A stretch of 24,000 nucleotides of DNA from Pontiella sulfatireligans. GTDB taxonomy: Bacteria; Verrucomicrobiota; Kiritimatiellia; Kiritimatiellales; Pontiellaceae. The stretch covers positions 2,155,458 to 2,179,457 of the forward strand of contig NZ_CAAHFH010000002.1 in assembly GCF_900890705.1 (NCBI RefSeq), written 5' to 3'. The position numbers were made by a program, and so were the translations under genes. Positions 22,053-24,000 of the stretch are shown here, piece after piece (the stretch's first letter is position 1; each line of letters starts with the position of its first letter). Under the pieces are notes generated by a model, which did no database searches, was not told where the DNA came from, and saw only the letters and a program-made list of their open reading frames with translations.

Positions 22053-23237
22053 GTGGAAGCCGAGCAGCTGCAAGGGAAGGTTCTAGTTATCGATGACGAG
22101 CGCGGTCCGCGTGAAAGCTTGCGGATGGTGCTGAAGTATGATTACGAAATTTTTCTCGCTGACCGCGTCGATGCGGGCATTGAGCTTTTGCGCAGCGAGC
22201 AGCCGGATCTTGTGATCATGGATATCCGCATGCCGGAGAAAAGCGGCATCGAAGGCCTGCAGGAAATCCGCGACATCGACCCTAGCGTTTCGATCGTCAT
22301 GCTCACCGGCTACGGTGACCTTGAAACGGCGCAGGCCGCCATCCGCTTCGGCGCGAACGACTATCTGCAAAAGCCCTTCGATACCGACGATATTCAGGCG
22401 GTCGTGAAGAAGTACGTCGAGCGCTCCCAACTCAAGCACCGCAAGCACCAAGCCCAGGAGGAGCTGCAGAAGATGACGCAGTCGCTGGGGCGCGAAGTCG
22501 GCAAAACCAACAAGTTGACTTCGCTCGGGGCGGCTTCGTCCGAATTGGTTCGCGATTTGCGCAACCCGCTCACCATTATTCGTGGCTATTTGGATTTGCT
22601 CAACTATGAGTTGAAGGAAAAGCAGGAATCCACTTCGGATGAAATGAATGAATACCTCGACCAGATTGAAAGCAACGTTGGACGGTGCGCTGAACTGGTT
22701 GAATCTTGGCGCGCCCTTGGCCGTTTCGACTTTTCCCAGTTGCAGCGGCTCAATATCCCCAAACTCTCGAACGACTGTTTTCGGGATGCAGCAACCCACA
22801 CCGACATATCGTTTTCCGTTCAGCTCGAAGGCATTGAAGAGCAGTATGAAATGCTCGGCGAACGGTTGCAGATCAAGCGGGCGTTGCAAAACCTCATCGA
22901 CAACGCGGTCGAAGCGGTTGAGCATCAGCCTAACCCTCAGATCACCGTCTTGCTTTCTATGGACGGCGGCGACCTCGAAATCAAGGTGAAGGACAATGGA
23001 TGCGGGGTTGACACCAAGCGTCTGCGGTGGATTTTCGAGCCGTTCGACAACACGGCAACCATTGAAAAAGGTGCCGGATTAGGGCTGTTCATCACCAAGA
23101 AAGTGATTGAAGAGCACCGTGGCTCGTTGCAGTTTGAGAGCCGGATCAGCGAGGGCACAATGGTTACCGTCCGACTCCCGCAGGCCCAAACGGCGCTGGG
23201 CTATTTTTCCAGTCCAGAATCCCTGATTCCTGCCTGA
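22053..23237 (+). CDS. Response-regulator receiver fused to a histidine-kinase-like DHp + HATPase_c module that lacks the phospho-acceptor His
   Basis: The ORF starts at a GTG with a GGAGA RBS. The receiver domain is intact (DD14-15, D57 in VIMDIRMP, T85, K107). The H-box position reads SSELVRDLRNPL, with Arg167 where HE(I/L)RNPL has His. The N-box (LQNLIDNAVEAV) and G-boxes (DNGCGV, GAGLGLFITK) are intact. Confidence 0.85.
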   Translation: MEAEQLQGKVLVIDDERGPRESLRMVLKYDYEIFLADRVDAGIELLRSEQPDLVIMDIRMPEKSGIEGLQEIRDIDPSVSIVMLTGYGDLETAQAAIRFGANDYLQKPFDTDDIQAVVKKYVERSQLKHRKHQAQEELQKMTQSLGREVGKTNKLTSLGAASSELVRDLRNPLTIIRGYLDLLNYELKEKQESTSDEMNEYLDQIESNVGRCAELVESWRALGRFDFSQLQRLNIPKLSNDCFRDAATHTDISFSVQLEGIEEQYEMLGERLQIKRALQNLIDNAVEAVEHQPNPQITVLLSMDGGDLEIKVKDNGCGVDTKRLRWIFEPFDNTATIEKGAGLGLFITKKVIEEHRGSLQFESRISEGTMVTVRLPQAQTALGYFSSPESLIPA

Positions 23238-23244
23238 CCCCGCC

Positions 23245-24000
23245 ATGTCCGGCAACGCTTCCTCTATATCTGATGCTATCAAATCCTGGAAACAGGATCT
23301 TGGCGCCGATTCGGTTGGTTCCGCTCTGCATGAGCTGGAGAGCTATGCTCAAAGCACCTGCGCCTCGCAGCGCCGGCTGACGGCTGTGCTCCGGCCCCGG
23401 ACGCTCGAAGAGGTGCAGAAGATTGTCGCCACCGCCAACCAGTTCAAGACGCCGCTTTATCCCATCAGCACCGGCAAGCAGTGGGGGATGGGATCGCGTC
23501 TGCCGGTGCAGGACGGCGCGGCCGTTGTAGATCTTGGCCGGATGAACCGGATCATCGAGGTCAACGCGAAATACCACTATGCCATTGTTGAGCCGGGCGT
23601 CACCCAGCGCCAGCTGCTCGATCATATTAAGGTGCACAATCTGCCGCTGATGCTCAATGTGACCGGATCGACATCCGACACCAGCCTGATCGGCAATGCG
23701 ATGGACCGGGGTGTGGGTTATTTCAGCTCGCGTGCTGAGAGCATCGCTAACTTAACCATTGTTCTCGGCAACGGCGAAGTGTTGAAGACCGGCTTCGGCC
23801 ATTTCGAGGGGGCGAAGACCCAGAACCTTTACCACCACGGTGCGGGGCCCGATCTTTCCGGCCTCTTTCCGCAGGGCAATTACGGCATCGTTACCTCCGC
23901 TTGCATCGATCTTATGCCGATGTCCGAAGAGCATATGGCCGTCATTATAAAGATTGATTCGGAGGACAAGCTCCCGCAATTAATCGATGTGCTCGCCCAG
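23245..24000 (+). CDS. FAD-binding oxidoreductase, PCMH/VAO-type FAD-linked oxidase family (partial; the 3' end runs off the window)
   Basis: It is absent from the ORF track because no stop lies inside the window. My translation from the ATG at 23245 gives MSGNASSISDAIKSWKQDLGADSV...VLRPRTLEEVQKIVATANQFKTPLYPISTGKQWGMGSRLP...VDLGRMNRIIEVNAKYHYAIVEPGVTQRQL...GPDLSGLFPQGNYGIVTSACIDL. This is the typical FAD_binding_4 layout. The frame stays open for all 252 codons. Confidence 0.8.
   Translation, partial: MSGNASSISDAIKSWKQDLGADSVGSALHELESYAQSTCASQRRLTAVLRPRTLEEVQKIVATANQFKTPLYPISTGKQWGMGSRLPVQDGAAVVDLGRMNRIIEVNAKYHYAIVEPGVTQRQLLDHIKVHNLPLMLNVTGSTSDTSLIGNAMDRGVGYFSSRAESIANLTIVLGNGEVLKTGFGHFEGAKTQNLYHHGAGPDLSGLFPQGNYGIVTSACIDLMPMSEEHMAVIIKIDSEDKLPQLIDVLAQ

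Noticed and set aside
1-24000. A scan for CRISPR arrays, tRNA/rRNA genes, IS elements or terminal inverted repeats, integrases, toxin-antitoxin pairs and defence-system signatures.
   Set aside because: Intergenic space is small. It contains no cloverleaf-like or repeat-spacer structure, and no ORF has transposase, integrase or nuclease-like motifs. This was a visual scan only. tRNAscan, Infernal and IS-finder runs would be needed to be definitive.

Overview
This 24-kb window is densely coding. Spot counts put GC at roughly 55-65%, with two AT-richer blocks. The source looks like a sigma54-using, diderm, probably anaerobic bacterium, because it carries a PEP-CTERM protein, a FadL-type outer-membrane protein and many Fe-S/ferredoxin genes. 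Taxonomy cannot be fixed from the sequence alone. I saw no rRNA, tRNA, CRISPR array, transposase or integrase.

Block 1 (1-11944) is entirely on the minus strand. A PAS/sigma54 enhancer-binding protein is followed by a long, tightly packed gene train, often with ATGA overlaps. The train encodes three NifX/NifB-fold ('orange-protein-like') small proteins, a DUF5320-like peptide, a DUF89 protein, two MinD/CooC-type ATPases with inserted 2x[4Fe-4S] domains, an IscU/NifU-N-like scaffold, a COG1237-type MBL hydrolase, an Mrp/ApbC ATPase and an SBF/ACR3-superfamily permease fused to a CBS pair. A G15 homopolymer comes next, then an AT-rich ferredoxin plus CoADR/Nox-like flavoprotein pair, a fourth NifX-fold gene, a terminator and a partial MoxR ATPase. 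This resembles an expanded version of the Desulfovibrio 'orp' (orange protein complex) locus, and it is the best candidate for a poorly described system.

Block 2 (12012-14465, minus strand) holds a PEP-CTERM secreted protein, bioB and a universal stress protein.

Block 3 (14523-24000) is a divergent signalling/lipid locus. On the minus strand, a FabF-like ketosynthase with a Cys-His-Asn triad is followed by a polytopic GAF-PAS histidine kinase, a soluble pseudo-REC-GAF-PAS histidine kinase and a 68-aa Fis-type HTH-only protein. On the plus strand, a near-consensus sigma54 promoter drives a FadL/TodX porin, a REC-plus-kinase-like protein lacking the phospho-acceptor His, and a partial VAO/PCMH-type flavoprotein. 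That promoter has an IHF-consensus site and an upstream palindrome. No AAA+ activator is encoded next to it.
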